From a phage: a stretch of DNA of 64,000 nt. The notes under the pieces are model-generated. The model did no database searches and had not been told where the DNA came from. It worked only from the letters and a program-made list of their open reading frames with translations. A program made the translations under genes and the position numbers. The stretch is from the sequence record PZ445550.1, one strand, 5' to 3'. Position 1 is the first letter of the stretch. Each line of letters starts with the position of its first letter. This document shows positions 1 through 10,228 of this stretch, one piece after another.

Positions 1-1317
1 ATGGAAGTTTCAAGACCCTATGTTAATACTGTAGATGTTATTGACTTTGGTATAGATAAACGTTTCTTTCGTCTGCCAGTTTCCGGGATACTAGCTCAAG
101 AGGGTATTACACCTAATGGTCCTCAAATAGCAATAATTAATGCTTTAGAAGATCCTAGACATCGTTTCGTAACGGCGTGTGTATCACGCCGTGTGGGTAA
201 GTCCTTTATAGCGTATACACTTGGGTTCTTAAAGCTACTGGAACCTAATGTAAAAGTACTGGTAGTTGCACCTAACTACTCGCTAGCAAATATCGGCTGG
301 TCTCAGATTCGTGGGCTTATTAAAAAATATGGACTACAAACCGAACGTGAGAATGCTAAAGATAAGGAGATTGAGCTGGCAAACGGCTCGCTCTTCAAAC
401 TAGCTTCTGCAGCTCAGGCTGACTCCGCTGTTGGTCGTTCATACGACTTCATCATTTTTGACGAAGCAGCAATTTCCGATGTTGGGGGTGATGCCTTCCG
501 AGTTCAGTTACGCCCTACTCTAGATAAACCTAATTCTAAAGCTCTATTTATTTCTACTCCTCGTGGTGGTAACTGGTTTAAAGAGTTCTACGCGTATGGG
601 TTTGATGATACTTTACCTAACTGGGTATCTATACATGGTACATATCGTGACAACCCACGTGCTGACCTTAACGATATCGAAGAAGCTCGTCGTACTGTTA
701 GTAAAAACTACTTCCGCCAAGAATATGAGGCTGACTTCTCCGTATTCGAAGGACAGATCTTTGACACCTTCAATGCTATCGAGCATGTTAAAGATCTTAA
801 AGGTATGCGTCACTTCTTTAAAGACGATGAAGCATTTGAAACCCTACTTGGTATTGACGTTGGTTATCGAGATCCTACAGCAGTTCTCACTATTAAGTAC
901 CATTACGATACCGATACATACTTTGTTCTAGAAGAGTACCAGCAAGCTGAGAAGACTACAGCCCAACATGCAGCGTATATTCAACATTGTATAGATCGTT
1001 ATAATGTTGATCGTATCTTTGTTGACTCTGCAGCAGCTCAGTTCCGACAGGATTTAGCGTATGAGCATGAAATTGCATCTGCTCCAGCTAAAAAGTCTGT
1101 CCTAGATGGTTTGGCATGTTTGCAAGCTTTATTCCAGCAAGGAAAAATCATTGTAGATGCGTCTTGCTCCTCATTAATTCATGCACTGCAGAACTACAAG
1201 TGGGACTTCCAAGAAGGCGAAGAGAAATTATCACGTGAAAAACCACGTCATGATGCTAACTCTCACCTTTGTGATGCTCTGCGCTATGGAATTTACTCAA
1301 TTTCCCGTGGTAAATAA
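1..1317 (+). CDS. terL: Terminase large subunit (ATPase/nuclease)
   Basis: 438-aa ORF, same length as T5 large terminase; Walker B-like FIIFDEAA; sits directly upstream of the portal gene. Confidence 0.85.
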   Translation: MEVSRPYVNTVDVIDFGIDKRFFRLPVSGILAQEGITPNGPQIAIINALEDPRHRFVTACVSRRVGKSFIAYTLGFLKLLEPNVKVLVVAPNYSLANIGWSQIRGLIKKYGLQTERENAKDKEIELANGSLFKLASAAQADSAVGRSYDFIIFDEAAISDVGGDAFRVQLRPTLDKPNSKALFISTPRGGNWFKEFYAYGFDDTLPNWVSIHGTYRDNPRADLNDIEEARRTVSKNYFRQEYEADFSVFEGQIFDTFNAIEHVKDLKGMRHFFKDDEAFETLLGIDVGYRDPTAVLTIKYHYDTDTYFVLEEYQQAEKTTAQHAAYIQHCIDRYNVDRIFVDSAAAQFRQDLAYEHEIASAPAKKSVLDGLACLQALFQQGKIIVDASCSSLIHALQNYKWDFQEGEEKLSREKPRHDANSHLCDALRYGIYSISRGK

Positions 1318-1431
1318 GTAAGTATAGGATGGGATACTACTCAGTTGGTATCCCATTCCTGTATTTTAAAATCCCCTTTACAAATTCGATACGATTATGT
1401 ATACTATATTCATACAGTTGAGGAGAACACT

Positions 1432-1866
1432 ATGGCAAGCAATATAAAATATAAACGCGATGCTATATCTCTTATGAGAGACGGAATAAAAAGTCAATAT
1501 AAAAAAGACTCTCACTGCGCTATCTGCGGTTGTGAAGAAGAATTAGAGCTTCATCACTACCATACGGTGTCTCTACTAGTTAAAAAATTTGCTAAAGAAC
1601 TCCAATTGGATTTCACTGATGAAGAAACAGTCCTCTCAAATAGGACGGCATTCTATGATCGATATAGGCATGAGCTAGTAGAAGACACTGTTACCCTTTG
1701 TGTACACCATCACCAACTATTACATAAGGTTTACACAAAAGAACCTCCATTATTTTCTGCTGAAAAGCAAAAAATGTGGGTTCAAAAGCAGAAAGAAAAG
1801 CTAGAGAATCCTCAAGAAAAGACACAAGTCAAGACTGAAAAATCAGGATTCGCAAGGTTCTTATAA
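1432..1866 (+). CDS. HNH endonuclease (zinc-finger type)
   Basis: Cys/His motifs CAICGC...HHYH...CVHHHQLLH; start placed at ATG 1432 behind GAGGAG; stop overlaps portal ATG (TAATG). Confidence 0.7.
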   Translation: MASNIKYKRDAISLMRDGIKSQYKKDSHCAICGCEEELELHHYHTVSLLVKKFAKELQLDFTDEETVLSNRTAFYDRYRHELVEDTVTLCVHHHQLLHKVYTKEPPLFSAEKQKMWVQKQKEKLENPQEKTQVKTEKSGFARFL

Positions 1867-3083
1867 TGGGTTTTAAAAGCTGGATTACTGAAAAGCTAAA
1901 TCCGGGTCAACGTATTATAAGAGACATGGAACCAGTTAGTCATCGCACTAACCGTAAGCCTTTTACCACTGGACAAGCCTACAGTAAAATTGAGATTCTC
2001 AATCGAACTGCTAATATGGTTATAGATAGTGCGGCGGAGTGTTCTTATACTGTCGGAGATAAATATAATATTGTTACGTACGCTAATGGCGTCAAAACAA
2101 AGACTCTAGACACTCTCTTAAATGTACGACCTAATCCATTCATGGATATAAGCACATTCCGTAGACTTGTAGTCACTGACCTACTATTTGAAGGTTGTGC
2201 ATATATCTATTGGGATGGCACAGCACTTTATCATGTCCCCGCGGCATTAATGCAAGTGGAGGCAGATGCCAATAAGTTTATCAAAAAATTCATATTTAAT
2301 AACCAGATAGACTATCGCGTAGATGAGATTATCTTCATTAAAGATAACAGTTACGTGTGTGGCACAAATTCTCAAATTTCTGGACAATCTCGTGTTGCTA
2401 CAGTTATAGACTCTCTTGAGAAGCGTTCTAAAATGCTTAACTTTAAAGAGAAATTCTTAGACAATGGCACTGTGATTGGTCTTATTCTTGAGACGGATGA
2501 AATCCTGAACAAGAAATTGCGTGAGCGTAAACAAGAAGAATTACAATTAGATTATAATCCTAGTACTGGACAATCAACAGTCCTGATTCTAGATGGTGGT
2601 ATGAAAGCAAAACCGTACTCCCAAATATCCTCATTCAAAGACCTAGACTTTAAAGATGATATTGAACGTTTTGATAAAAGCGTTTGTCTAGCCTTTGGTG
2701 TTCCTCAGGTACTTATTGATGGTGGTAATAATGCGAATATTCGACCTAATATCGAATTATTCTATTATATGACTATTATACCTATGTTGAACAAATTGAC
2801 TAGTGCTCTTACTTTCTTCTTTGGTTATAAAATTACTCCAGACACTAAGGAAGTAGTCGCATTAACACCTGACAAAGAATCTGAGGCTAAGCATTTAACC
2901 TCATTGGTTAATAATGGTATTATAACGGGTAATGAAGCTCGTGCAGAGTTAAACCTTGAACCTTTAGATGATGAGCAGATGAATAAGATTCGTATTCCTG
3001 CTAACGTTGCTGGTTCTGCTACAGGTGTATCTGGTCAAGAAGGTGGTAGACCGCAAGGCTCCACCGAAGGAGATAAAGAATGA
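1866..3083 (+). CDS. Portal protein
   Basis: 405-aa ORF between terminase/HNH and prohead protease; size and position match T5-type portal. Confidence 0.8.
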   Translation: MGFKSWITEKLNPGQRIIRDMEPVSHRTNRKPFTTGQAYSKIEILNRTANMVIDSAAECSYTVGDKYNIVTYANGVKTKTLDTLLNVRPNPFMDISTFRRLVVTDLLFEGCAYIYWDGTALYHVPAALMQVEADANKFIKKFIFNNQIDYRVDEIIFIKDNSYVCGTNSQISGQSRVATVIDSLEKRSKMLNFKEKFLDNGTVIGLILETDEILNKKLRERKQEELQLDYNPSTGQSTVLILDGGMKAKPYSQISSFKDLDFKDDIERFDKSVCLAFGVPQVLIDGGNNANIRPNIELFYYMTIIPMLNKLTSALTFFFGYKITPDTKEVVALTPDKESEAKHLTSLVNNGIITGNEARAELNLEPLDDEQMNKIRIPANVAGSATGVSGQEGGRPQGSTEGDKE

Positions 3084-3568
3084 TTGATTATAATGGTCTA
3101 AAGACCATTTTTGGTGAGAAGTTACCAGAATCTCATATCTTCTTTGCTACGGTTGCTGCTCATAAATATGTTCCTAGTTATGCTTTTTTGCGTAAAGAAC
3201 TAGGACTTTCATCTGCGCATACTAATCGTAAAGTATGGAAGAAATTTAAAGAAGCTTATGCTTCTGCTGGTCCTGTTGATGTAGTTCCTGGTGCCCCTAC
3301 TTTGCAGGTAACTCCGGGTGAAAATTCAGTAACTTATACAATTACTGATGGTACTAATACTGGTTCACCAATCACTCAGTATAAAGTATACTATACTGAT
3401 GGAACTACTGCGAAAACCCATAACTCAGGTTCTTCAAAAACTGGTACTATCTCAAGTCTAGAAGCAAAAGAATATACCTTCCAGGCAGTAGCTGTTAATG
3501 GGGCTGGAGAATCTCCTAAATCTACAGCAGTAAAAGCTACCCCGACTGCACCTGGTGTTGGAGGCTAA
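3080..3568 (+). CDS. Capsid decoration protein with C-terminal Ig/FN3-like domain (pb10-like)
   Basis: 162 aa; Thr/Gly-rich beta-sandwich-like C-terminus (VTPGENSVTYTITDGTNTGSPITQYKVYYTDG...); sits between portal and protease. Confidence 0.55.
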   Translation: MIDYNGLKTIFGEKLPESHIFFATVAAHKYVPSYAFLRKELGLSSAHTNRKVWKKFKEAYASAGPVDVVPGAPTLQVTPGENSVTYTITDGTNTGSPITQYKVYYTDGTTAKTHNSGSSKTGTISSLEAKEYTFQAVAVNGAGESPKSTAVKATPTAPGVGG

Positions 3569-3571
3569 TAA

Positions 3572-4204
3572 ATGACAAATGCTGCTATTGACTATAATAA
3601 GTTAAAATCAGCACCCGTTCATTTAGACGCTTATGTTAAGTCTATTGATAGTGAATCCAAAGAAGGGGTTATAAAAATCCGTGGATTCGCTAATACAATT
3701 AGCAAAGATCGCGCTGGTGATGTAATCCCTGCTTCTGCTTGGAAAACATCTAACGCACTTTCCAATTATATGAAGAATCCTATTATTCTTTTCGGACACG
3801 ACCATCGTCGTCCTATTGGTAAGTGCATTGATCTCAACCCTACAGAAATGGGTCTTGAGATTGAGTGTGAGATTTATGAAGGCTCAGATCCTGCGATCTT
3901 TTCTCTAATTAAAAACGGTGTACTGAAAACTTTTAGTATTGGATTCCGCTGTCTAGATGCAGAATGGGATGAAGCTACTGATATATTTATTATTAAAGAT
4001 TTAGAACTATACGAAGTTTCGGTAGTTTCTGTACCTTGTAATCAGGATTCAACTTTTAGTGTAGCTAAAGGTATGAATGGAGCTGAATTTACTGAATGGA
4101 AAAAATCTTTTACTGCAACAAGTTCTAAAGCTGTCCCAGCTCAAGAACGTAATCTTTCTGAACTAGAAAAACTTGCGATAGCTTTAGGCTACGTTAAAGA
4201 ATAA
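3572..4204 (+). CDS. Prohead maturation protease
   Basis: 210 aa, same length as T5 pb11; motif GHDHRRPIGK; immediately upstream of major capsid gene. Confidence 0.8.
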   Translation: MTNAAIDYNKLKSAPVHLDAYVKSIDSESKEGVIKIRGFANTISKDRAGDVIPASAWKTSNALSNYMKNPIILFGHDHRRPIGKCIDLNPTEMGLEIECEIYEGSDPAIFSLIKNGVLKTFSIGFRCLDAEWDEATDIFIIKDLELYEVSVVSVPCNQDSTFSVAKGMNGAEFTEWKKSFTATSSKAVPAQERNLSELEKLAIALGYVKE

Positions 4205-4221
4205 CGGAGAATTATTTAAAA

Positions 4222-5598
4222 ATGACTATTGATATTAATAAGCTGAAAGAAGAACTTGGTCTGGGTGATCTGGCTAAATCTCTGGAAGGTCTTACCGCTG
4301 CTCAGAAAGCTGCAGAAGCTAAGCGCCTACGTGAAGAGCAGGAAGAAAAAGAACTGGCTCGTATGAATGACCTGGTTTCCAAAGCTGTTGGTGAAGATCG
4401 TAAAAAACTGGAAGAAGCTCTGGACTTGGTTAAGTCTCTGGATGAAAAATCTAAGAAGAGCGCAGAACTGTTTGCACAGACGGTAGAAAAACAACAGGAA
4501 ACCATCGTTGGTCTTCAGGATGAAATTAAATCTCTGTTGGCAGCTCGTGAAGGTCGTTCCTTCGTTGGTGACAGTGTAGCTAAAGCACTGTATGGTACTC
4601 AGGAAGCTTTTGAAGATGAAGTTGAAAAACTTGTACTGTTAGCTTATGTAACAGAGAAGGGCGTATTTGAAACTGAACACGGTAAAAACCACCTTAAAGC
4701 AGTAAATAACTCTTCTTCAGTAGAAGTTTCTAGCGAATCTTACGAAACTATTTTCTCCCAGCGTATCATTCGTGACCTTCAGAAGGAACTGGTAGTTGGT
4801 GCACTGTTTGAAGAACTGCCAATGTCCAGCAAGCTGCTGACTATGCTAGTAGAGCCAGAAGCTGGTAAAGCTACTTGGGTAGATGCTTCTACTTATGGTA
4901 CTGATGCTACTACTGGTAATGAAGTTAAAGGTGCTCTGACTGAGATTCAGTTTAAGACCTACAAACTAGCTGCTAAATCCTTCATTACTGATGAAACTGA
5001 AGAAGATGCAATCTTCTCCCTGCTGCCACTGTTACGCAAGCGTCTGATTGAAGCACATGCTGTTTCTATCGAAGAAGCCTTCATGACTGGTGATGGTTCT
5101 GGTAAGCCGAAAGGTTTGCTGACTCTTGCTAGTGAAGATAGTGCTAAAGTTACTACTGAAGCTAAAGCTGATGGTTCTGTTCTGGTAACTGCTAAAACTA
5201 TTTCTAAGCTACGTCGTAAACTGGGTCGTCATGGTCTGAAACTGAGCAAACTGGTACTGATCGTATCTATGGATGCTTACTACGATCTGCTGGAAGATGA
5301 AGAATGGCAGGATGTTGCCCAGGTTGGTAATGATGCTGTTAAACTGCAGGGTCAGGTTGGTCGTATTTACGGTCTGCCGGTTGTAGTTTCTGAATACTTC
5401 CCAGCTAAAGCTAATTCTGCAGAGTTCGCAGTTATTGTCTATAAAGATAATTTCGTAATGCCGCGTCAGCGTGCTGTTACTGTTGAACGTGAGCGCCAAG
5501 CTGGTAAACAGCGTGATGCATACTATGTTACTCAGCGTGTTAACCTGCAACGTTACTTTGCAAATGGCGTTGTATCTGGTGCCTACGCTGCATCTTAA
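4222..5598 (+). CDS. Major capsid protein precursor
   Basis: 458 aa, same length as T5 pb8; coiled-coil scaffold-like N-terminus; E. coli-optimal codon usage; followed by a strong terminator. Confidence 0.85.
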   Translation: MTIDINKLKEELGLGDLAKSLEGLTAAQKAAEAKRLREEQEEKELARMNDLVSKAVGEDRKKLEEALDLVKSLDEKSKKSAELFAQTVEKQQETIVGLQDEIKSLLAAREGRSFVGDSVAKALYGTQEAFEDEVEKLVLLAYVTEKGVFETEHGKNHLKAVNNSSSVEVSSESYETIFSQRIIRDLQKELVVGALFEELPMSSKLLTMLVEPEAGKATWVDASTYGTDATTGNEVKGALTEIQFKTYKLAAKSFITDETEEDAIFSLLPLLRKRLIEAHAVSIEEAFMTGDGSGKPKGLLTLASEDSAKVTTEAKADGSVLVTAKTISKLRRKLGRHGLKLSKLVLIVSMDAYYDLLEDEEWQDVAQVGNDAVKLQGQVGRIYGLPVVVSEYFPAKANSAEFAVIVYKDNFVMPRQRAVTVERERQAGKQRDAYYVTQRVNLQRYFANGVVSGAYAAS

Positions 5599-5617
5599 TA
5601 CAGGCTTTTCAGCCGAT

Positions 5618-5647
5618 AAGGAGAGCTTCGGCTCTCCTTTTTTATTG
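5618..5647 (+). terminator. Rho-independent terminator after capsid gene
   Basis: Hairpin AAGGAGAGC-TTCG-GCTCTCCTT followed by a T-run. Confidence 0.7.
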
Positions 5648-5657
5648 GGAAAAATAA

Positions 5658-6170
5658 ATGCAAATCATCACAGCTGAAGATTATAGATTATATGGTGGTT
5701 TAAAACGACCTGAGTTAGAATCTGGTGTAGAAATGATGATTACTGCTGCCAATGCATTAATTACTAGCCTTCTAGGCATGGATGATGCTGATGCTGTAGA
5801 CCAATTAATCAATACAAAACCTACACGTAGAAAATATTTTTTAAGTTCACCCTCCGCTACTTCTATTACAAAGATTACTATTAATGATAAGGAAATAGAG
5901 TCAGAGCAGTATAAATTATACTCTGATGGTGTTATACTTCTTAAATTTAATCCTCCAGAAGGTTATATGGACGTAGCGTATACACAAGGTGGATTTAATC
6001 CAATGCCTGAAGACCTTAAATTAGCAGCATGTATGCTAGTAGACCATTGGCATAAGCAGGATTATCGTCAAGCTAAAACAATTGGCGGTGAAACAATAAC
6101 TTTCAATAACACTAAGTCTGGTATACCAGAACATATTCGTACCATTATTGAAGTGTATAGGAGAGTATAA
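5658..6170 (+). CDS. Head completion / head-tail connector protein (putative)
   Basis: 170-aa ORF directly after capsid gene in conserved late order. Confidence 0.45.
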   Translation: MQIITAEDYRLYGGLKRPELESGVEMMITAANALITSLLGMDDADAVDQLINTKPTRRKYFLSSPSATSITKITINDKEIESEQYKLYSDGVILLKFNPPEGYMDVAYTQGGFNPMPEDLKLAACMLVDHWHKQDYRQAKTIGGETITFNNTKSGIPEHIRTIIEVYRRV

Positions 6171-6938
6171 ATGTCTCTTTCAGATTTAGCCAGGCAAATT
6201 ATTAAGGAACAGTTAGATTCTGCCGGACGTTCTGAAAATAATAAGAATACAGTGGTATACTCCGTGGAAACAGGATTGAAAGATCCTACTAGAGATGGTA
6301 CTATTGCTCAAGTATCATTTAAATTCTCTAAACCAGTATCCCAAGATTTACTTAATATTAGAACAGCTTCTATACTAAAAGCAGTATCTTCTAATTTAGA
6401 TCTTTCTGGAGACTTAGGTGCTTTAGAGAGCCTAATACAGGCAACCGCTGGTAAAAAATCCTCTGTAGGTAAAAAACGTTCTACAGGTAGAGTACAGGTA
6501 AACTTTGGTGATCCTAGCGATGTTGAAGATGGTTATTCAGGCGCAGTAACAGGAGCTTCTGGACGCTTTGTCTCTAATAGTAACATGAAAGTTATTCTTG
6601 AACTAGTTGCTAAGGAATATCTAATTAAGGATATGAAGAAAGCAGGGGCTCCACTAAAATTTAGAACGGGTAGATTTGCTAACTCTTTAAAAATTAAAGA
6701 TGTCATGCTTAGGGATGCCGAAACTAGTAAAGGTTCCCCAGAATTAAGTGTAACATATAACTATATGACTCGTCCTTATTCAGTATTTAATCCTGCAGTA
6801 TCTACATACAGAAGGTTATCTCTAAGACCATACCCCGGTGCTAGAAATCCTCAAAAATTAATTGGGGAGGCAATAGCAAAAGCAGCACGAGACCTGATTC
6901 ATTCCAGATATAAAATTAAGGTCAATCAAGGAACCTAG
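6171..6938 (+). CDS. Head-tail joining / tail completion protein (putative)
   Basis: 255-aa ORF, abuts the upstream gene, between capsid and tail tube genes. Confidence 0.4.
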   Translation: MSLSDLARQIIKEQLDSAGRSENNKNTVVYSVETGLKDPTRDGTIAQVSFKFSKPVSQDLLNIRTASILKAVSSNLDLSGDLGALESLIQATAGKKSSVGKKRSTGRVQVNFGDPSDVEDGYSGAVTGASGRFVSNSNMKVILELVAKEYLIKDMKKAGAPLKFRTGRFANSLKIKDVMLRDAETSKGSPELSVTYNYMTRPYSVFNPAVSTYRRLSLRPYPGARNPQKLIGEAIAKAARDLIHSRYKIKVNQGT

Positions 6939-6941
6939 TAA

Positions 6942-7427
6942 ATGGATCATAGAACAAGTATTGCACAAGCCCTGGTGGACCGAATCTCTAAACAAATGGA
7001 TGGTTCTCAACCAGATGAATATTTTAATAACCTCTATGGAAATGTTTCTCGTCAAACTTATAAATTTGAAGAGATACGAGAGTTTCCTTATGTAGCAGTT
7101 CATATAGGAACTGAAACTGGTCAATATCTTCCATCAGGTCAACAGTGGATGTTTTTAGAACTTCCAATACTGGTGTACGATAAAGAAAAAACAGATATCC
7201 AAGAGCAACTTGAAAAACTCGTAGCGGATATAAAAACCGTTATTGACACAGGTGGAAATTTAGAATATACTGTTAGTAAACCTAATGGATCGACCTTCCC
7301 ATGTGAAGCAACTGATATGGTAATTACATCAGTTAGTACAGATGAGGGTCTACTGGCCCCATACGGTTTAGCGGAAATAAATGTAACAGTGCGCTATATG
7401 CCCCCTAAACGTGCATTACGCAGATAA
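6942..7427 (+). CDS. Tail terminator protein (putative)
   Basis: 161-aa ORF immediately upstream of the tail tube gene. Confidence 0.4.
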   Translation: MDHRTSIAQALVDRISKQMDGSQPDEYFNNLYGNVSRQTYKFEEIREFPYVAVHIGTETGQYLPSGQQWMFLELPILVYDKEKTDIQEQLEKLVADIKTVIDTGGNLEYTVSKPNGSTFPCEATDMVITSVSTDEGLLAPYGLAEINVTVRYMPPKRALRR

Positions 7428-7453
7428 GTTACAGATTAGGAGAATATAAATAA

Positions 7454-8863
7454 ATGTCTTTACAACTATTACGTAATACTCGAATCTTCGTGTCTACTGT
7501 TAAGACTGGTCATACCAAAGAAAACACGCAAGAGATTCTAGTTCAGGATGATATTTCTTGGGGTCAGGACAGTAATTCCACAGATATTACTGTTAACGAA
7601 GCAGGTCCACGACCAACTCGTGGTTCAAAACGTTTCAATGACTCCTTAAATGCTGCTGAATGGAGTTTCTCAACATATATCCTCCCATATAAGGATAAAA
7701 CCACTAATAAGCAAATAGTTCCTGACTATATGTTATGGCATGCTCTTTCTAGTGGTAAAGCTCTAAACTTAGATGGTGACACTGGGGCACATAATAACGA
7801 AACTAACTTCATGGTTAACTTTAAAGATAATTCTTATCATGAGTTAGCTATGTTGCATATTTACATCCTTACTGATAAAGCATGGAGTTATATTGACTCT
7901 TGCCAGATTAATCAGGCAGAAGTAAACGTTGATATCGAGGATATTGGTCGTGTAACTTGGTCTGGTAATGGTAATCAGCTAATTCCACTGGATACTCAGC
8001 CCTTTGATCCAGATGTGGTAGGTATTGATGATGAAACTTATATGACTATTCAGAGTTCTTATATTAAGAATAAGTTAACTATCCTAAAAATTAAGGATAT
8101 GGATTCTGATAAGGCATATGACATTCCTATTACTGGCGGTACTTTTACCATTAATAACAATATCACGTACCTAACTCCAAATATTATGTCTCGTGTAAAT
8201 ATTCCAATTGGTTCATTTACGGGTGCATTTGAATTAACTGGCTCTCTAACGGCGTATCTTAATGATAAAGCTCTCGGATCTATGGATTTATATAAAGATC
8301 TGATTAAAACCCTTAAGGTAGTTAACAAGTTTGAGATTGCACTCATTCTTGGTGGTGAATATGATGATGAGCGTCCAGCAGCTGTACTAGTTGCTAAACA
8401 AGCCCACGTTAACATTCCTACTATTGAGACTGATGATGTACTTGGTACTTCAGTAGAGTTTAAGGCTATCCCTACAGATTTGGATACTGGTGATGAAGGT
8501 TATCTTGGATTTTCTAACAAGTATACAAAAACTACTGTAGCTAATCTGATTGCTACAGGAGATGGTGCTAAAACCCCACCAAAACTGGTGGAGTCAATCA
8601 CAGTTAAATCTGCTAGTGATGCTACTTCTGTAGAAAATAGTAATACTCTACAGATGTCTGTCGAAGTAACTCCATCGGATGCCACTAATAGCGCAGTAAC
8701 TTGGTCTATTTCTAGTGGTAACGCAGCTACAATTGATGCAGAATCTGGACTATTAACTGCTGATGCCTCTAAAACAGGCGCTGTTACTGTAAAAGCTGTA
8801 GCTAAAGACGGTTCTGGTGTAGAAGGTACTAAGAGCATTACAGTTACTACTTCTGGTGGCTAA
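7454..8863 (+). CDS. Major tail tube protein (pb6-like) with C-terminal Ig-like domain
   Basis: 469 aa (T5 pb6 is 464); C-terminal Big2-like segment (TVKSASDATSVENSNTLQMSVEVTPSDATNSAVTWSISSG...). Confidence 0.75.
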   Translation: MSLQLLRNTRIFVSTVKTGHTKENTQEILVQDDISWGQDSNSTDITVNEAGPRPTRGSKRFNDSLNAAEWSFSTYILPYKDKTTNKQIVPDYMLWHALSSGKALNLDGDTGAHNNETNFMVNFKDNSYHELAMLHIYILTDKAWSYIDSCQINQAEVNVDIEDIGRVTWSGNGNQLIPLDTQPFDPDVVGIDDETYMTIQSSYIKNKLTILKIKDMDSDKAYDIPITGGTFTINNNITYLTPNIMSRVNIPIGSFTGAFELTGSLTAYLNDKALGSMDLYKDLIKTLKVVNKFEIALILGGEYDDERPAAVLVAKQAHVNIPTIETDDVLGTSVEFKAIPTDLDTGDEGYLGFSNKYTKTTVANLIATGDGAKTPPKLVESITVKSASDATSVENSNTLQMSVEVTPSDATNSAVTWSISSGNAATIDAESGLLTADASKTGAVTVKAVAKDGSGVEGTKSITVTTSGG

Positions 8864-8867
8864 TTAA

Positions 8868-9770
8868 ATGTACTACTCTCTAATGCGAGAGTCAAAAGTT
8901 ATAGTTGAGTATGATGGTAGGGCATTTCATTTTGATGCCCTATCAAACTATGATATACAGACTTCCTACGAGGAATTCAAGACTCTTCGTAGGACTGTAC
9001 ATCGTAGAACTAACTATGCAGACTCTATTATAAATGCCCAAACTCCTTCCTCTATTTCACTAGCAGTAAATTTTAGTAATACTCTTACTGAAGCTAACTT
9101 TTTTGAGTGGTTAGGATTTGATAGGAAGGGCAATACTTTTTTATTACCATTATATAGTATTAATATTGAGCCTATTATGTTCAATATTTATATAGTGAAT
9201 AAAGATAACAACTGCGTATACTTTGAAAACTGCTATGTATCTACGATAGATTTTTCTTTAGACAAAAATATACCAATTCTTAATATTGGTATTGAATCGG
9301 GGAAATTCTCTGAAGTATCCACATTCACAGAGGCAGCTTCTATTATACAAGGTGAAGTAATGTCTTATAGCCCAGTAATAGCATATACCAATGGCAGTAC
9401 ATTACCTGGTCTTATTTCTGCTTCTCTATCTTTCCAGCAGCAATGTTCCTGGAGAGAAGATAAGAGTGTTTTCGACATAAATAAAATTTATAATAATAAA
9501 AGAGCCTATGTAAACGAAATGAATGCTTCGGCAACCATTTCCCTATACTACTTAAAACGTTTTGCGGGAGATATGGTTTACAATATTGAACCGGAAACAG
9601 ACGTACCTTTAACTATAAGAAATAATAATATTTCTATAGATTTTCCTTCAGCACGTATTACAAAACGCCTAGATTTCTCAGATGTGTATAGAGTTGAGTG
9701 GGATATTATACCTACTGCTTCTTCGGACCCAGTGAGAATAGATTTCTTTGGAGAAACTAAAAATGATTAA
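8868..9770 (+). CDS. Hypothetical tail-associated protein
   Basis: 300-aa ORF between tail tube and chaperone genes. Confidence 0.4.
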   Translation: MYYSLMRESKVIVEYDGRAFHFDALSNYDIQTSYEEFKTLRRTVHRRTNYADSIINAQTPSSISLAVNFSNTLTEANFFEWLGFDRKGNTFLLPLYSINIEPIMFNIYIVNKDNNCVYFENCYVSTIDFSLDKNIPILNIGIESGKFSEVSTFTEAASIIQGEVMSYSPVIAYTNGSTLPGLISASLSFQQQCSWREDKSVFDINKIYNNKRAYVNEMNASATISLYYLKRFAGDMVYNIEPETDVPLTIRNNNISIDFPSARITKRLDFSDVYRVEWDIIPTASSDPVRIDFFGETKND

Positions 9771-10167
9771 TTTAAAAGATATTACTCTTGATACCCGTAC
9801 TATTACTCTTTCTTACCCAGGTATGCCTAACTTTAAATTAGAACTCAATTATATGTCTCGTGCTACCTCTAAACGTGTTATTTCTTCTGCTAAACGCGAT
9901 GAATGGGTTAATGGTACACTGATGCAAGTACAAGATGATGACAAGTTCATTGAAGCATTTGTTGATGCAGCTATTAAAGGCTGGACTGGCCTAACAGTAG
10001 GTGATGTTGAAAAACTAATGTTAATTGAAACTGATGCTGACCCTGCTACTGAAGTTCCTTTTACCCGCGATAATGCTGTAATGCTTATGCAGAACTCTGC
10101 TGCGTTTGATTCTTGGATCAACCAGACAGTGTTCCACTTAGACACTTTTCGTAGCTCAAAAGCGTAA
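9763..10167 (+). CDS. Tail assembly chaperone (putative)
   Basis: ORF just upstream of tape measure; start taken at ATG 9763, overlapping the upstream stop. Confidence 0.45.
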   Translation: MINLKDITLDTRTITLSYPGMPNFKLELNYMSRATSKRVISSAKRDEWVNGTLMQVQDDDKFIEAFVDAAIKGWTGLTVGDVEKLMLIETDADPATEVPFTRDNAVMLMQNSAAFDSWINQTVFHLDTFRSSKA

Positions 10168-10228
10168 AGAACTCCTAGATGCTGTTGCTGATTTTGCAGA
10201 TAAATGTATTAAAAGCTCAGCATCTAAA

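Noticed and set aside
563-931. 122-aa + strand ORF and 66-aa minus-strand ORF (613-813) inside the terminase gene
   Set aside because: Fully embedded in a confidently assigned longer CDS in other frames; low-complexity translation; no ribosome-binding site.
5471-5677. 68-aa + strand ORF spanning the capsid gene end and its terminator
   Set aside because: Runs through the terminator hairpin and overlaps the capsid CDS in another frame; the real downstream gene starts at 5658.
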